This document shows positions 13,801 through 28,446 of a stretch of 64,000 nt of DNA, piece by piece; within the stretch, counting starts at the first letter, position 1, and each line of letters begins with the position of its first letter. The DNA is from Tubiluchus corallicola (taxonomy: Eukaryota > Animalia > Priapulida). The notes beneath the pieces are model-generated. The model saw only the letters and a program-made list of their open reading frames with translations, made no database searches and had not been told where the DNA came from. Location: positions 1,029 through 65,028 of the forward strand of contig JAQGDQ010000908.1 of NCBI GenBank assembly GCA_030141605.1. Direction: 5' to 3'. The translations under genes were made by a program, and so were the position numbers.

Positions 13801-14797
13801 TTGCTTATAGGCAATAGCCCTGACCAATGGCTATTTTAACTAGGAAGTGGTTTACTGTGGTACTAGGTTATAAATGGTTTTATTATTAGCTAGCTGAAAC
13901 AATATAGCCCTTCCAGTTTTACAGAGTTCAAACTGTTGTTATCTGATTTCTAGATTCTGATTCTAACTATAAGTTTTACATAATCTTCCAAACTCTGATC
14001 CTTTATGCATTAAATTCAAGGTACAAGCTGGGTGAGTCATCATTGCTGAACGGAACAATCTTCGTTCAGAGGCTAATCAATTTTAACTGATCTAGATTCT
14101 AATTTATAATGAGCAATTCGATATTTGAAAATAAATTCATAACATTACTATTACTTTACCTTAACCTAATAATCTCTTGCAATTTTACAGTCTCTGTGTA
14201 CTTAAGAGGATGCGTGTATGTAAGAGGATGGTGATTTAAATGTCTGCTGTGTGCGATAAAAGCTGCCGCGGAGTAGAAAACTGGCAATGGTAGTTCTAAT
14301 GCTCCTTGTTTACAGTTTGATCTTTGCGTGAAACTGTGTGGAATAAGCACTTAATTAATGCTGACGAAATCTAGAACTTGTAAAATTACTTTGATTGATG
14401 GTTTAACTGGATAAGTTCTACTATATTACGATGCTGAATATGTAAGTACACCTAAATGGAGTTAACTACCTTTACGTCAGTTATTTGCACTTTTTTGCTT
14501 AAGCATTTGTACATTAGTTTGAAAATTGGGGATTTTGTGACGTTAAAGTTTAATATAAATACTTTACTTCCAACTGACAATAGAGCAATGATGAATAATG
14601 AATTCACAAGAGATCTGAGTGAAGCAAAATAAACAAAAATTATGTATCATGTATGTCATATATATATAGCAATTGTTTCGTACCAATGAGTACATAATTA
14701 GCTATTTATAACGATAAATCAGTTGCATATGGATTAGCAGCACTGCATAAATAATTTCGGTGGAATCTTATATAAATATATATATAAATATATATAA

Positions 14798-14869
14798 GCA
14801 ACATGCTGTGGGTTCTTTGGGTGGTGTGGTGTGAAAGGTGTGATACGGGGTGATTGGTATGGTGTGATG
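14798..14869. repeat. 72-bp exact copy of 15916-15987, embedded in a TA microsatellite
   Basis: Identical sequence gcaacatgctgtggg...ggtatggtgtgatg at both sites. Confidence 0.9.
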
Positions 14870-15817
14870 GATATATATATATACATACATACATATGAGT
14901 GTACTATCCTAAAAACTGTCCCATCTCAGATAAATGTGCTTATGTGTTTATTAATGCCCTGTTTATTTTTCCCAGGCTATTTTGTTTTCCTTCGGCAAGT
15001 TTTTACCTACACAGAGAAAACCCTAACCCTAACCTTAAACCTAACTCTACACTTGCGAAAAAATAAGCAAACTTTTGGAAAGAGGAGGACTGCAAGGTGT
15101 GAAGGTTTGGCTAGGAGAGATGTCCAGTTGACAAAACAGAAGAAGTGTGTATTGAAGTTATTTTTAAACCCACTGTGCTGCACTCTATTTGAAGCATCCA
15201 TTGTTTTTGAGATCGAGAAATTACGTGGCAGTTTCAGGCATTGTCATCACCCACTACTCTACTGTTTTATAGATTACACATTGCGTAGGCTATATCTGTT
15301 AGCCCATCAATGACTGGGATGCAAAAAAAACAAAATTATTTAGAATATTCCACCTTATTGATCATTGGTAGATTGGTCCAATTTATGACTTCATATGCTT
15401 CCTAGTTGGATTTTTAGATTAACGCTCATCGAGTGGCAATTTTGAAAGCCCTTGACCATGAATGACCTTGAAATGTCATTTTTCTGACAGGCCACATGCA
15501 CTTTTATATTAACTATTTATACACATTCCTTAAATGCTTCTTAGTTGAGTTATTTTGACTTTAGTGACTTCGGTGGCTATTTTGAATTTAAAGCCCCATA
15601 ACTTTCCTTCCAGAAGAGGACTTGAGGGAATTTTTAATATCCTTTGCTGGACGACTTTCTCGGGGTATGCCAAAAATTCAGCCGTACGCTATATTGTCTG
15701 GTCACACGTTTTCAGCTTTGTAAGAAATGTTTTACTATGCTGCTGTGTTGAAGATATAACACAGATACTGCGATATAACAGTGTTGTCAATGTCATCATC
15801 TTCGTCATCATGTTAAT

Positions 15818-16070
15818 GGTGTGATGTGATGGTTTTAATGTGGTGTGGTGTGGTGTGGTGCAGTGCGGGTGATGAATGCAGTGAGGGTTGTTGTTGCGGA
15901 TGGGCAAGGTGTGGTGCAACATGCTGTGGGTTCTTTGGGTGGTGTGGTGTGAAAGGTGTGATACGGGGTGATTGGTATGGTGTGATGTGGTGGGCGTGGT
16001 ATTGTGTGTGTTTGGTTTGGAGTGAGCTGCATGATGTGGTGGCGCGTTGTGTGTGTTGTTGTGTAGTAGC
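15818..16070. repeat. GTGTG-rich low-complexity repeat; related tracts at ~36480-36600 and, reversed, ~49960-50130
   Basis: Degenerate (GGTGT)n. The His/Thr- and Cys/Val-rich ORFs here are compositional artefacts. Confidence 0.75.
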
Positions 16071-17029
16071 CTTAAATATGTGTGGGTATTTTTCATTATA
16101 GTTTAGCTATAAAATACATATTTGTACATAATGTAGAAAAGTCAGAATTGTATCTGTAGAACTGTAGCTGATCCTATAGTATGGTGAATAGTGGAACTAC
16201 CCATTCATAGAAGGAATAGAAGAATTTCACCCATCTATTCACTACCCAGCTTTGGTGTTGTTCAACTTTGGTCGTGAAATTATATTGGAACATATACTTG
16301 GACCAGTTTTGGTATTTCCTTCAGAACTCGGTGCTCTAAGCAAAGCAATTTGGCCTTTACAGACTTAATTATAGTACGATTATCATTTGTAATAAAAGCG
16401 TTTGAATTAAGTCCATTAATGGCAAAAACTTTTTAAAACGATTTTTCAGAATTAATTTACCAAAAAAAATTTAAAAAACATTTTTACCTGTTTTTTAACC
16501 AAACGATATCACTACTGTAAAATTGACAGTTGTGCCGGTTCAAGATATGGAACAATAACTGGCGGTTCAGATGTCAAAAAGTCAAATGTTATATACTTGT
16601 TAGCATGTCAAAAATAGTTCACGAACTAACAGATTAGTTGTGCTGTGATCTAAGGTAGTGTATCTGTGATAAAGCGATTTTTCCTAGTGTTGATGTGCTG
16701 CATTGATTACTTAAGTCTTCATGACAAAGAGGTTATAACTCGACTGTTGCTTTCAGCTTTGAAACTTGAAGGTTCTATGTACAACATGTTAATCACATAA
16801 TAACCAATGTTAGAGACAGCAGTGCTGTCGTTAAATTGTCAGACAGTAACGTTGAACCTGTTGCTGTTGAGTATCGCAAATCGCTTCTACTGCTGCTCAA
16901 CACCCCCCCCCCCATTCACATTCTAGTTTAAAGCTGAAACTCTCTGCTTATTAACATGTTTCCAAACGCTAATTAGAAATGCTGATGCTCAAAATATGAT
17001 ACTGATAACAATAATTTTACATTTTGCAG

Positions 17030-18023
17030 ATTTACAAAGGGAGCATACATTTTGACAGCATTTGCACTTGCGATCACAATGTCTATTGGAGTGATAAAAA
17101 ATTTTGATTTTGACACCGAGACATTTGAAATTCGCACTAATGAATCCATTATTATAACCAAAAGTAACAGTGAATGTGGCGAAGCTTGTGATATAAACGC
17201 TGAAAATTTTAAAATGTCTCAAGGCCTAAATTACCCTTTGTTACACAAAAGTTTCCACTGCGGATTTCTTATGCAAAGGTTGTTTTTAGAAAGGCCAGCA
17301 AAGCAGTGGCCACCACCCCGTGAACCACCACCTTCGTTACTTGATGAATTCACAATGCATGGAGCAATGCCTGTGTTGAAATACAGGTATTTTGCCCAGA
17401 AGAGAAAGAATAGTCGACATTATTTTAACGTTGAATTCATTTCAAAATTACAGAAGAAGGCACTAAAGGGTGAAAACGTTTCTTCCTATGGCATGAAAGG
17501 CTTCAAGTTGCTAACTGAAGCTTTAAATGTTTTTAGAGAGGTCATTGAAAGTAAAGATGTTTTAGTAATTGGTACAGTGAAACCTTGGGTTGAAGCATTA
17601 CTGCTTAATGCAAACGTAGGTCATATAACAACTATAGACTATAATGAAGACACTTCAACACATCCAAACATTACACTTATAGCACCTTGGAAATTAGCGG
17701 CACAATATCTTCATGAACCCAAGCCTCTTTTTGATTTTGGCGTCAGTTACTCCTCACTGGAACACAGCGGTTTAGGTCGCTATGGAGACAACCTAAATCC
17801 AGCAGGTGATCTTGAAGCTATGGCTCAAGCTTGGTGTTTGATAAAGCCAAAAGGTATCTTCATACTGAATGTTGAACATGACAAGGGTAAAAATTATTTA
17901 GTATGGAACGCTCATCGTGTATATGGAGATGAAAGGCTGAAACACCTGACTGCAAACTGGAATGTTACCACGTTACTGCAGGAAGAAAGGCATGTGTTAC
18001 GAATCATGCAAAAGGTTGAATGA
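17030..18023 (+). CDS. DUF268-family (SAM-dependent methyltransferase-like) type II membrane protein; main coding exon
   Basis: 323-aa ORF with VLVIGTVKPWVEALLL, TTIDY, FDFGVSYSSLEHSGLGRYGDNLNPAGDLEAMAQAWCLIKPKG and WNAHRVYG, all DUF268 hallmarks. The N-terminus is hydrophobic. A branch point plus ttttgcag acceptor ending at 17029 suggests the start lies in an upstream exon. Confidence 0.85.
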
Positions 18024-19499
18024 GATGCGTGAAAGCAACAAAATACAATATTCACAGTAATAATATATAAACAGCATGTGTGTGCTGTCACGAACATGTG
18101 TAATATATAATTACATATACTAAAATGTGTCACAGATTACCGTGACTGAGTTCAACTCTGCTCCTAGACTTTTTTGTTTTCTGTTTTGCAAACTAGTTTA
18201 TTCCGGTCCCTACAACTTTTGAAAATCTACACAGAGTCCTTCAGGCTGTATTTTTAAATTAGGTTAACCTTGAATTATTTATACAGGCTTCATTCTAAAG
18301 TTATAAATTCCTTCGTCACCCTTGTACAGGTGACCATTTGACGCTTGCTATTACTATAAGCAAACGTCATATGATCCGCCTAATTCGCTAGGTTATTTTT
18401 TCTTTTCCACAGTTTTTTTATAGTTATGTGCTGATTTGCGCGTCATATATCTAGCATTAGTGCTCTGTGCTTATTGCATTAACTATGTGATAAAAGTGAA
18501 TAATTATCCTAAGTTCCTAAGTTCCTAAGATTGGTTTTCCTAAGTTCTATTTAATGTTATAGCTGCAATAAAAAGTAATAATGTAAATGCGCCAAATCAT
18601 GTAAGTTGCCATGTGCTAAATCATGTAAATAAATTATATTTTGGGTGGTCACTTCTTTTAATCCAATAGTTGTATGGTTTTTCTTACAAAGTCATGAATA
18701 AATCTAAAATGCATATTTCAATAACTACAAAATATTTTAATTAACAACTCGTAGACGTAAGCGTTGTGCATCATTTTCTATAAAAACAAAAAAGTTAGAC
18801 TATATAGATTTCTACGCACTTTTCTGGTTTATAATCAATAAATTTAAAACCAGGCCGATCTCTCTCCCACAAACTTCTGAAAAAATTGTTTACAAAATGT
18901 TTTGTTTTTCTCAATGATCGGGTTAAGCTTTTATTTACTCTTGAGTGCTCACTATCGAAAGACGAGCCTACTAAATTCAAATTGTTGTGGAGCTGCCAAT
19001 TTCTTGCTTATTAAAGAAAAAAACAACTCTTGGTCAATTATTGTATTTTAATTATAAACTTGAAAATAATAAAATTACCACAGGATATTTCCGCATAAAA
19101 TGCCTTGCTTAAGAATGCAAAATAAACTCAAATAAATCAGTTTTGTCTTCTGCCAAACAAACCTCGCTGCGGTGAGAGGGCATATTGAAAGAAAATGGCG
19201 CAATTAGTCTGGAAGACAGAGTGAAGACTTAATTGGAGAAAAACTAAGAAAAGCACGCCCATTTCAGGCAACTTAGCCTGACGAGCAGTTTAGGCTGCTG
19301 TACACTTGTGCGATCCTACATGTATTTTATTGATCGCCTGCTTGCTATAGCCTAAGAGAACTGTCTGCTGTAGACAAATTACAAGACAAACTAAAGTCGT
19401 CTCATCTTTTATTATGAGTTTCTCTTTAAAAACGGAGTAGACTAGAGGTCAAAGTGTGTCAGAGTTTGTGTGTAATTGTTTCTTTACATTTGAAATTTT

Positions 19500-20380
19500 C
19501 TGCTTTGTGGATTTCACACAAACGATATTACAGTGCAAACACTTCGGTTTCTGAAAGTTTTTTCTCTTTTTTTCATCAAAAATCGATTTTCAATTTAACT
19601 AAAGGCATTTAGGGTATGCAAATGCATTTCATATGTAATTTTACAAGAAAGCCCATGGAATAGTGTGAGGAGTAGAACCTACAAAGCTATCAAAGATAAT
19701 GTTATCGTTGCTTAGAGGGAGCAGTTTTTCATGAATCTATGCAAAGTGCAGGAAGCTCTTAAGGAAGTGAATGAGTTTTTTAAATATTAAAATAACCCCA
19801 AAAGAGTGTTAAAACGGATTCACGTCAATAATTCCAGCAGTAGTAACATCTGTAACCACTCAGTTTACGACACTGACACCTGAAATAGGATTTAAGAAAC
19901 TGGGCTGGAAGAGTGATCACTGGGATAGAAGTCAGAGGAATAGGAGCCGTGAATATCTCAAAGTTGCCGACCCAAATATGATCGTGTTGTGTTAAACCAT
20001 TTTTCTAATTTGATGTATTGTTTTCTAGACAGAAACAAAAAACAGATGAATTAAAATAGGCGCATTAGAGTAATTTTACATGATTTTTACTCAAGAGTAT
20101 TTACAATGACGACATGAAAGAAATAGTGTTAAATATTTTTAGTATACAATAGATATATCTATTACATTATGAAGATCTAACTACATTTTAGAGTAACTGA
20201 ATAGTAAATGATAATAAAAGTGTCCACAAAAACATTATTCTTTCCCTTATATTACAATATTAAAACAATAATATACCGTGTTCTTGGCAAAGACATAAAT
20301 TTAAGATTCTACATTATGACCAAAATTGCACCTGCTGCCTGCGAAAAACCTTTGCTGACTTGAGCTTTGTCTCAAGTTCA
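19500..20380. repeat. Unclassified interspersed repeat segments shared with 33140-33375 and 33668-33940
   Basis: Shared blocks gatttcacacaa..ttacagtgcaaacact..caaaaatcgattttt..caaatgcatttc and taactacatttta..tggcaaag.cataaa..gacttga.ctttgtc. Confidence 0.65.
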
Positions 20381-21856
20381 TAATTTTGCTATTGCTGAAT
20401 TTTCCATGCTTGATTACCCAGGGACATGACCTGGCCACGTCCATTTTTCATCCACGACCATGACCGCATACCACATATGTATGCAGTAATATAAGCTTCT
20501 AGTCCTAAACTCTAAGTGGTGTTGAGTTTCGCCCTAAAGTTCGCATTTTGGATCCTGCTGCTGTGACCTATACAGTTTTGTGTTTATCTGTTTTAGGTGC
20601 TGGCCCTGCAAGTTTCGTGATTCTAGGTCTTTCGTGATTCTAGGAGTTGTTGACTAGACTTCATTTTAACACTTTAGATCATGTCACACGCCCAATTTTC
20701 GAAAAACACTCAATGCACATCTACACCCATATGTGTAAATTTTCGCATTTACCAAGTTTGTCCTAATTTTACATGTCCTTCTGCATTTGTGCTCCTAACT
20801 CGCAACTTTCCTAGGCTCCAATTTCCAAAAAATAGTTAGTGCACATCTACCCCACAGGACCCGTGTGAAAACAAATTTTTATTAAACTCAAAGCCCTATG
20901 AGGAGACTCACCGATGTCCTGTGTCCTTGACCCTTTCGCCTGAGGTTATCGTACCACTGCCTGTCCTCCACCCTCAAGTGGCTACCCACCTTGCTTGGTG
21001 AGACTAGGTAATACCGCTTAGGAGTTATTCGCCGTTGTGGCATGCAAATAATAATATTTCTCCTATACGCAGACTTTTTAACTTGGTAACTTAGTAATTA
21101 GTGATAAAATAATTGTTTAGCTCTTGCTAGACTGTTTTTTCCAGCATAGGTCGATGTAAGCTTGACCAAGGAGTTTCTCCTTGAAAAACAGTTATCATTT
21201 GTCCTGTGATACAGTAATATAACTATGTGCCCTATAGGTTAGTGCAATAACTGTGGTTTGTCATAACATTTTAATTTATGTGTTAAATAATTAATTTAAT
21301 TTTTTATTTGCACTGCTAGAAACAGCATGTAAATCTGCAACAACATTATAATAAATTAAAATTATCTTTTTCTAGCCGTATAAAAGAAAATAGAGATAAA
21401 AACTAATTCACTAAATGATCAAGTTTTATCGTATCTATTGTTTTTGTTATTGTCGTCGCCGTCGTTTAATTTTCATTGTTTTGCCCTGCTGTTTGGAAAA
21501 GAAAGGCATCAAATTATTGTATGTCATAAATTTTCATTTCTTAAAGTTTATTACTTCAGAATATACAAAACGAACACATCATTCTACATAATACATTTTT
21601 GTTTTGTAGCAATTATAATTCTTTCAGCAAAAATGGACATCAAACTTATACACGCCTATATAGATTATTACTGTGTGTTGTTTCAAATTTGTTGAGGTAG
21701 CAAACAAGAAAGTACTAAATTTCAAATACAGCCTGCTGTTATAGGTATTCAAAAAATAGGAAAATATTTTTTATGTATAAAACTATTTATTTTACGTGGA
21801 TTGACATACAGTAATATTACTTATTGTAGTGTAATAAATACATTTTAGTTGAGAAC

Positions 21857-21858
<2 letters not shown>

Positions 21859-21919
<61 letters not shown>
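21859..21919. repeat. (AT)n microsatellite
   Basis: About 30 perfect AT units. Confidence 0.95.
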
Positions 21920-21921
<2 letters not shown>

Positions 21922-23485
21922 ACTGGTTATCAATAATATAGTTAAGTAGTTAAAAAAACAAAAGTAATTCGTTAGTTAACACTTAAAATTGAATACAGAA
22001 CCGATACCAGAAACAATTATCAATGTACATCATCCTATTAGTTATTCACACTAGAGTGTAATTGCTCAAAAATGGTACTTAAATCAAAAATACAAAATTC
22101 AAAATAATATAGGTTACAATTGAATATGCAATTACAAGTACAGACAGTTGGCGAAATGGTTAGTAGTAATGTTGTTATGCAGCAATTTGAAGAGACTGCA
22201 AACCGGATGGACCTAAATTTGTGCTGGCCATAGTTTGAAAACTAAAAAAATAATATAATTTTTTATTACAGGTTTTCAGCAAAAAGTCCCTGGGGCTAAT
22301 TGCAATGCTTTTTTCAACATAGTCATTTTGTTTACTGTGCGTTTTGCTACCGATTTGATCAGTAGTTGGCGTGGTCATGGCACATTGCTTTTTGGTGCGC
22401 CAATTTGACTCCAGTTGACATGAGACCCTGAACATAATTTTCAACAGCACCAGTGCTAGATTATGACATTTTGTGGTCCTATGCTAATGACATAGGGAGG
22501 CCAACCTCTCAGGGAGCCAACTTATAACTCGCACGTATCCATCTTGAACATTTTGGACTCTTGATATTTAACGACACTTACTTTGCTTGAAGTGAACTTA
22601 TTGCAAAAAGTCGAACTAAAAATGTCCCACTCCGTACAACCACTGATGTAATCCATTGATATTATACAAAAATGTCCAGAGTGTTGTCACAGTAAGGAAA
22701 CAAATTTCCAAAGAAAAATAAACAGGGTCTCAACAACCCATGTTCCGCGCTATTCTGGAACAGTTTTCATGGTAATACACCATGATGGGCCATTCAAAAT
22801 TTGTTTCTACTGCAATGCAGATGATAACAATGGTCCATAACATGATAATAACCAAAGTAAACATTTAATACCTTCATGGTTATGACGCTGCTTAGCCAGT
22901 TTCACTCCATGTAAAATGCACCCTAAAATGGCTTTAGGGGAGGGGTGCTCCCAGAAGTGGCAGGTACTAAAGTAAGCTGCCCTAAGGCAAGAGCCATCAT
23001 ACAAATACATAATTTACAGATAAGAAATAAAAAATGCAATTAGAATTTGACCACAGAGCTCATATGATGGCATCCGTAAGTAATTTGTTTGTGATTAGAG
23101 CAAAAATCTGTAACATCTTTTGGTAATGTTTTTAAATAACGGATATTGACTAATGGCAGCTTATTACCGGTACGGCTCCACCCCCTAAAGCCATATTAGG
23201 AAATATGTTGGCAAAGCAGAGTTGTAACTACACCATGTTGTAACCATGTGGGCATTAAATATTTAATTTGTGTAGTATTATGCAAGTGACTATTGAGATC
23301 AATTGCATAGTCCTAGAAGAAAATTGATCTGAAAAAATTGATCATAGTAATCTGTAGTCTATTGCATTGTTACTTTAATTACATATTTTCTTAATTCTTT
23401 TCCTTGTGCACCAGGGTGACAGTCTAATTTTATCTTTATAAAGAATCTCTGCAGTCTAGGGCATTATTGCCATATTTACATACCG

Positions 23486-26180
23486 TATTAAGAACGAGTC
23501 CGCGAGAGCACCATGCAGGGGGTGGCACATGAGGGGCGACGAATTTATATCATTTTTTTCTAACATGAAGGGCGACCCCCCAAAACCATGTAACCAAGAT
23601 GTCAAAGCGATCGAGCTACTATTGGCAGAGAAATGACCACATCAAGAAATTGACCTCAAAAGAGGCAAAAAATCGCTATTTTGGGGTGGGGGTTACTTTA
23701 ACTTTTTCTCCTGTATAAACTATTATAGATGGGTCGATGTAAGTTGGCTGGTACATAGACCCAGACATTGTCTTCTGATATCCTAACTTTTTCTGACATA
23801 CTATTAATAGTATCAGAGAACGGCATTTTTCAAATTCGGCTGTTTGTTAAGAGTCCAGGGAAAGGTTAAGTTGTAAGGCTCATAACTCGCCCACTGCGGG
23901 GCTACAGAACTTCTGGTTTTCATGTATGTGTTAACCATCTTCCTCACTAATAATATAAAAAAGAAAATTCGCTGGAGCCTGTTTCAGTATTTAGTACTGG
24001 CACTTTAAAATTTCACAAAAATCAGCAAAATTCGCCTTTTTTGTAGTTTTTCAATATTTTTTCTATCTATATGCTGGATTATAAGTGACAAATCTATATA
24101 TTCTAAATTTCATGAAAACGCACGAGCTGAGATAATATCATGAATGACATTATATAAAGGGGGCACTGTTAGAAAAAACTGCCATATCAACACACTTTTT
24201 TACTTTCCCTAGTAATTCCATCCATGTGTAAAAAGTAGACATACTTGGCTCAGGTCGAATATGACAGTGGACATTTAGCCACGTTTAACCTGCATTTTCT
24301 GTGACTAGTGCTCTAATTTCCTAGTAGCAGTAGATTCCTTTGCCATGGAAATTGCTAGAAATTTGCGAATTTCATCTTAGATTGGTTTAGTTTTGTCGGA
24401 ATTTTCATATGACTACAAATATGAATAATTGTCTCTTCTGATGGATTTCAGGACAGGACATCATGCATGCCCCTAGTACCGAGTCTGACTCTGATTCAGG
24501 GCATTCTCTACACAGCGAATCGCTAATGAATACCAGGAAAGACTAAACAATAAGCCCTCTATTATAAATGAAGTACCAATTGTTAAGATCACATTCGGTA
24601 TATACATATAAAATAGAAATCCATTAATTTTTTATACTTTTTATATGAATAAGCTTCATGGCTATACATAGAAGAATATGAATATCAGTACAAAAATGAA
24701 AAACTACAAAAGTCCAAAATACTGTTCCTATTGTAGCAGCATAATCCTATCACTGAAAAGTAGTACATGTATTCAAAACCATAGCATCTAAATAATAGAG
24801 AAATAATTATCGATGCAGGTAGATTATCACTAGAAGATAGATACAGAAATATAGACAAATATATCATGGGGAAAGTGATAAAGTGAAAATCTTACAGTCT
24901 AAACATGAGACAATATAAGCGCATGGGCCCTTCTAGGGGGATGGCGGTGATATTTAGCTCAGAAAATTTTTTTCGCCCAAAATTTATTTGTGGCACAAAA
25001 TCGATACTTCTGACAAAAAATATTAATAGTGTGATTGAATGATTGCGCCAATGGCACAAAAATTTTCGATGTTTTACAGTCAAAAAATCACCGGACAAAT
25101 GATATTTTGTGGGGAAGTCTGTCCCATATTTTTTGGGCATTCACTCAGATTTAGGGCAATTTTCTTTGTGTCCTGGCTTGTACGCCTATGTAAGACAATG
25201 AATAATAATGAGGTAATAACCTGTACATAACATTTACAAAGCATAGAAAATAAACAGTACATAAAACATTTTCCAGTCCTTGCAAGAAGCAATTTCCATT
25301 CCGTAGATATTTCATTTGTTTGAAGATGGAAGCGCTCTAAATGCGGTCCAGTGTCTTTGGTACAGGCTAATAGATTCAAAATATTCGTTTCGTGCGGATA
25401 ACTAGTCACAATGCCGCATTTAACGCTGGTATATAGCCCAGAAAACGAACATTTTAGTTCAGCTGTGGCCGCCATCTTGAACGCTGGAGTCCAATCCTGT
25501 CAGTACTTTAGCCAATGTGCTGGACAGGCCCCTAGTTGCCAAAGATGAATGTTTGTGATGTTTTGAAGTATTTTGGCAACTCATGTTTACCTACACGAAG
25601 CTTTTTGATGAACGTTGTTACCTATATTTTCACCCTGATGTATGCCTCTTTCAGGGGTCATTTACAATAGGGTGGAAATTCGCTCCATCGAAATTGTCAC
25701 TGCAGCATAGTGGGATGGGATGCTCTATTCACATACATATCGATATTTTTGTCCCCGCCCCCGCAGTGGGTGAGATATAAGACTTTGAAATGACCGAGTA
25801 TTTGCATCTTGTGCGTAATGCGAACTTAAAGACCCCCAGTAGAGCCGAAAGAGGGGGGTTTGGGACAAAAGTCGAAAAGTCGTTTTGGAGAAGATAACAA
25901 GATCCAATATTGTGCAGAGTCATATCTATTCAAACTCAGTGGTTGCTGCATGGCTAATCCTTCACATATGAGTAAAAAATAGAGGAAAATAGGTATATTT
26001 TCATGAAAATCGGCCTATGCCGTACCTCTGCTACTATGAGGAGTTGGACCAAGCGGATTCACATAGTGAATACTAGTGACTAGTGGACCTCATACCCGAA
26101 CTTTGGTCTGAATCGGTTACCTAGCATGGGCCGGAATTTTTCGATTTTGCATGGTCTTCTCGCGGACGTCTTTCCTAATA
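23486..26180 (-). mobile_element. Internally deleted TIR DNA transposon (superfamily uncertain; TTAA-like ends)
   Basis: Left end TATTAAGAACGAGTCCGCGAGAGCACCATGCA; reverse complement of the right end TATTAGGAAAGACGTCCGCGAGAAGACCATGCA. Contains a minus-strand Cys-containing first-exon-like ORF (MAATAELKC...LLLARTG|gtaa-like) at ~25275-25475. Confidence 0.55.
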
Positions 26181-28446
26181 CTGTCCCTGGAGTGTTAATG
26201 TCTGCGGTTTTTTGATAAAACTATTTGCCTTTCATCTGTCAAATTTTTTAATCCTCTGTTTCCTGCATTTTCCCAGGTTTGTCTAGTTTACGCAATAACG
26301 TTAAAACCTGAGAGAATATCTTAACAAAAATATAAAACTGCTCATCAATGATTTAAAATAAATATAGACGTATTGATTTCGAAGTTGTCTTTGGGGGGGG
26401 GGATAATCTTGGAAAATATTTATGGAAGCTTCTTCATCACGAATCAACGTTTGCAGATTTGATTTGTGAAACTTATTTGCTACAAAGTTTACTCTTTATA
26501 TTGGCGGAGCTTATGGCAGAGATTCCTGAGCAAATATTTGTGAATAATGTTGATTTCTCCTTTCTTAACTCACCCGAAAAGAAATCGAAATTCCTTTTCA
26601 GTCCTTGCTTTTAATCTTTAGCCTGCTTCTCTGTAACTCACTTTTCATTCTGATAGATTTAACATCGAAAAATTCATAAAGTTTTAGAGTTTAAATTCGC
26701 TAGATTCTGCTTAAATTTTTTTAAATATTTGAACAAAGATGTGAACAGCAAACTACAGAGTGCAGAAACTAGACAGAAAGAGGGATGGAAAATTTTTGAC
26801 TATAATCTTCGATAATTCACCTTTCATCAGTAATTTTGATTGATTTGCCCCAGCTCAATAAAGAAATTTTGAAATTTGATAAAATCTGCACGAATTATAG
26901 ACAATTGGAAAACTTGATAAGACTGTTAACCTTCATGCAGTTTTAAAGAGATTAGCGCCAAAAGACCACCTTCTCTGCAGGGATGAAGTTTAACAGCGAC
27001 TTCTTTGGTGACTCTTTGGAGAAGGCACCAAATCATGTGTCCACAATTTTATGAAAGTATACACTTCGTACTGTGAATTTTTCAAAAAATCTCATGTAGT
27101 GCATTAAAAGCAAATCTTACATTGTCTTGATTTGGCTTTTCATTTTGATTAATTATTTATTACTTTCGTGACTCTGACTGCAAGTACCTATTATTAAACT
27201 AGTAATGTGGGGTATCTTACGTTTTATGTAGATATCACTATCATTGGTGCTTACAAAATTAATGATCCCGTTTAAGTTGCAAGTGGCTTTTGCCAAAAAA
27301 ACAATGCATGTATGAAGCAGCTTGTGTGAGAGAAAAAAACTGTTATCTAATCACACACTTCTGTCACACTTTTTAAAGTCTAAGATCTTTATTTGGTAGT
27401 ATTATGAGTTAGTATGTAACTAGTTCAAAATAAAAAGAACGTAGGAGTTCGTTAATTAAGTAGAGATATTCAATTAACTACAAATATTAAACCACAAAAA
27501 ACCAAAAATGATCTTGACACAAAAATGTGATCGTTACAATAGATCAATTGGCTGTTTAACTGCAAATACTCATTGTAACAAAATTAATAAATATTGTATA
27601 AAAAGTTAAATATTTCCATTGCCAGCAAGTTAATCAGGCATAAAAATGAAATGCAGTCGCATTTATTTTAGTTGCTTTCACCTCAACAACATGGCAATTT
27701 GTAACTTCCGCTATTAAAATAAATCCAAGCCAGTCTCTCGCAATTGCACGTTTTTTCAAATGCCGTTCTATCTTGTGGTGGTCATCATTGGACTCTCATT
27801 GGGAGCCCCCAGCATGGACCTCGTCAGAGTGCCCGATTTTAGGAAACTATATCTTGATCGAATCTGATGTAGCAAAGTCAAAAAGCTTAAAGCAGCATTC
27901 ACTTTTTAAGAAAAATTAATAAAGTGATAAAAGCAACAGAGTGCCATGACAGTTTCAGGTCGCAAGTCATGTCACAGAGTTATGCTTCAGTGCGTCAAGT
28001 GCCTGTTCTAGATAAGCTAGTTTGTGACATCGTGATTTAGACTAAATTAAAGCAGTATACGCCGTTGTGACCTTGATAGAAATGTGCGCATTAAACTAAA
28101 TTGCCAAATTTGTAGTTATGTCGCCTTGCTTTGTCAGGGCAGAATACATCTAGTTCTGTGTGATGCACGGTGCGTAATAAATTGCGCACAAAATGAGCTG
28201 GAAGTGCTTCCGCGTACGCGTAATAAATTTAGATAGAATACGGAAGTATTGGTAGCATTAATGCGGATTTTCGTGCACAAATCACGCACATAGATTCATA
28301 GGCAAAATGGGCCTATTTATATACTATTGGAGTTGCTAGATGCTGCCAGACTAAAAGACCTAGTTTGTAGGCAAGTACGTTTTATTAAACACATTGAAGG
28401 ATCTTTTATGTCTTTTCACATCTCCTATTGTTAGAACAATAAAACT

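Noticed and set aside
15689-16101. His/Thr-rich and Cys/Val-rich ORFs (metallothionein-like at first glance)
   Set aside because: They derive from the (GGTGT)n low-complexity repeat, which recurs at ~36.5 and ~50 kb.
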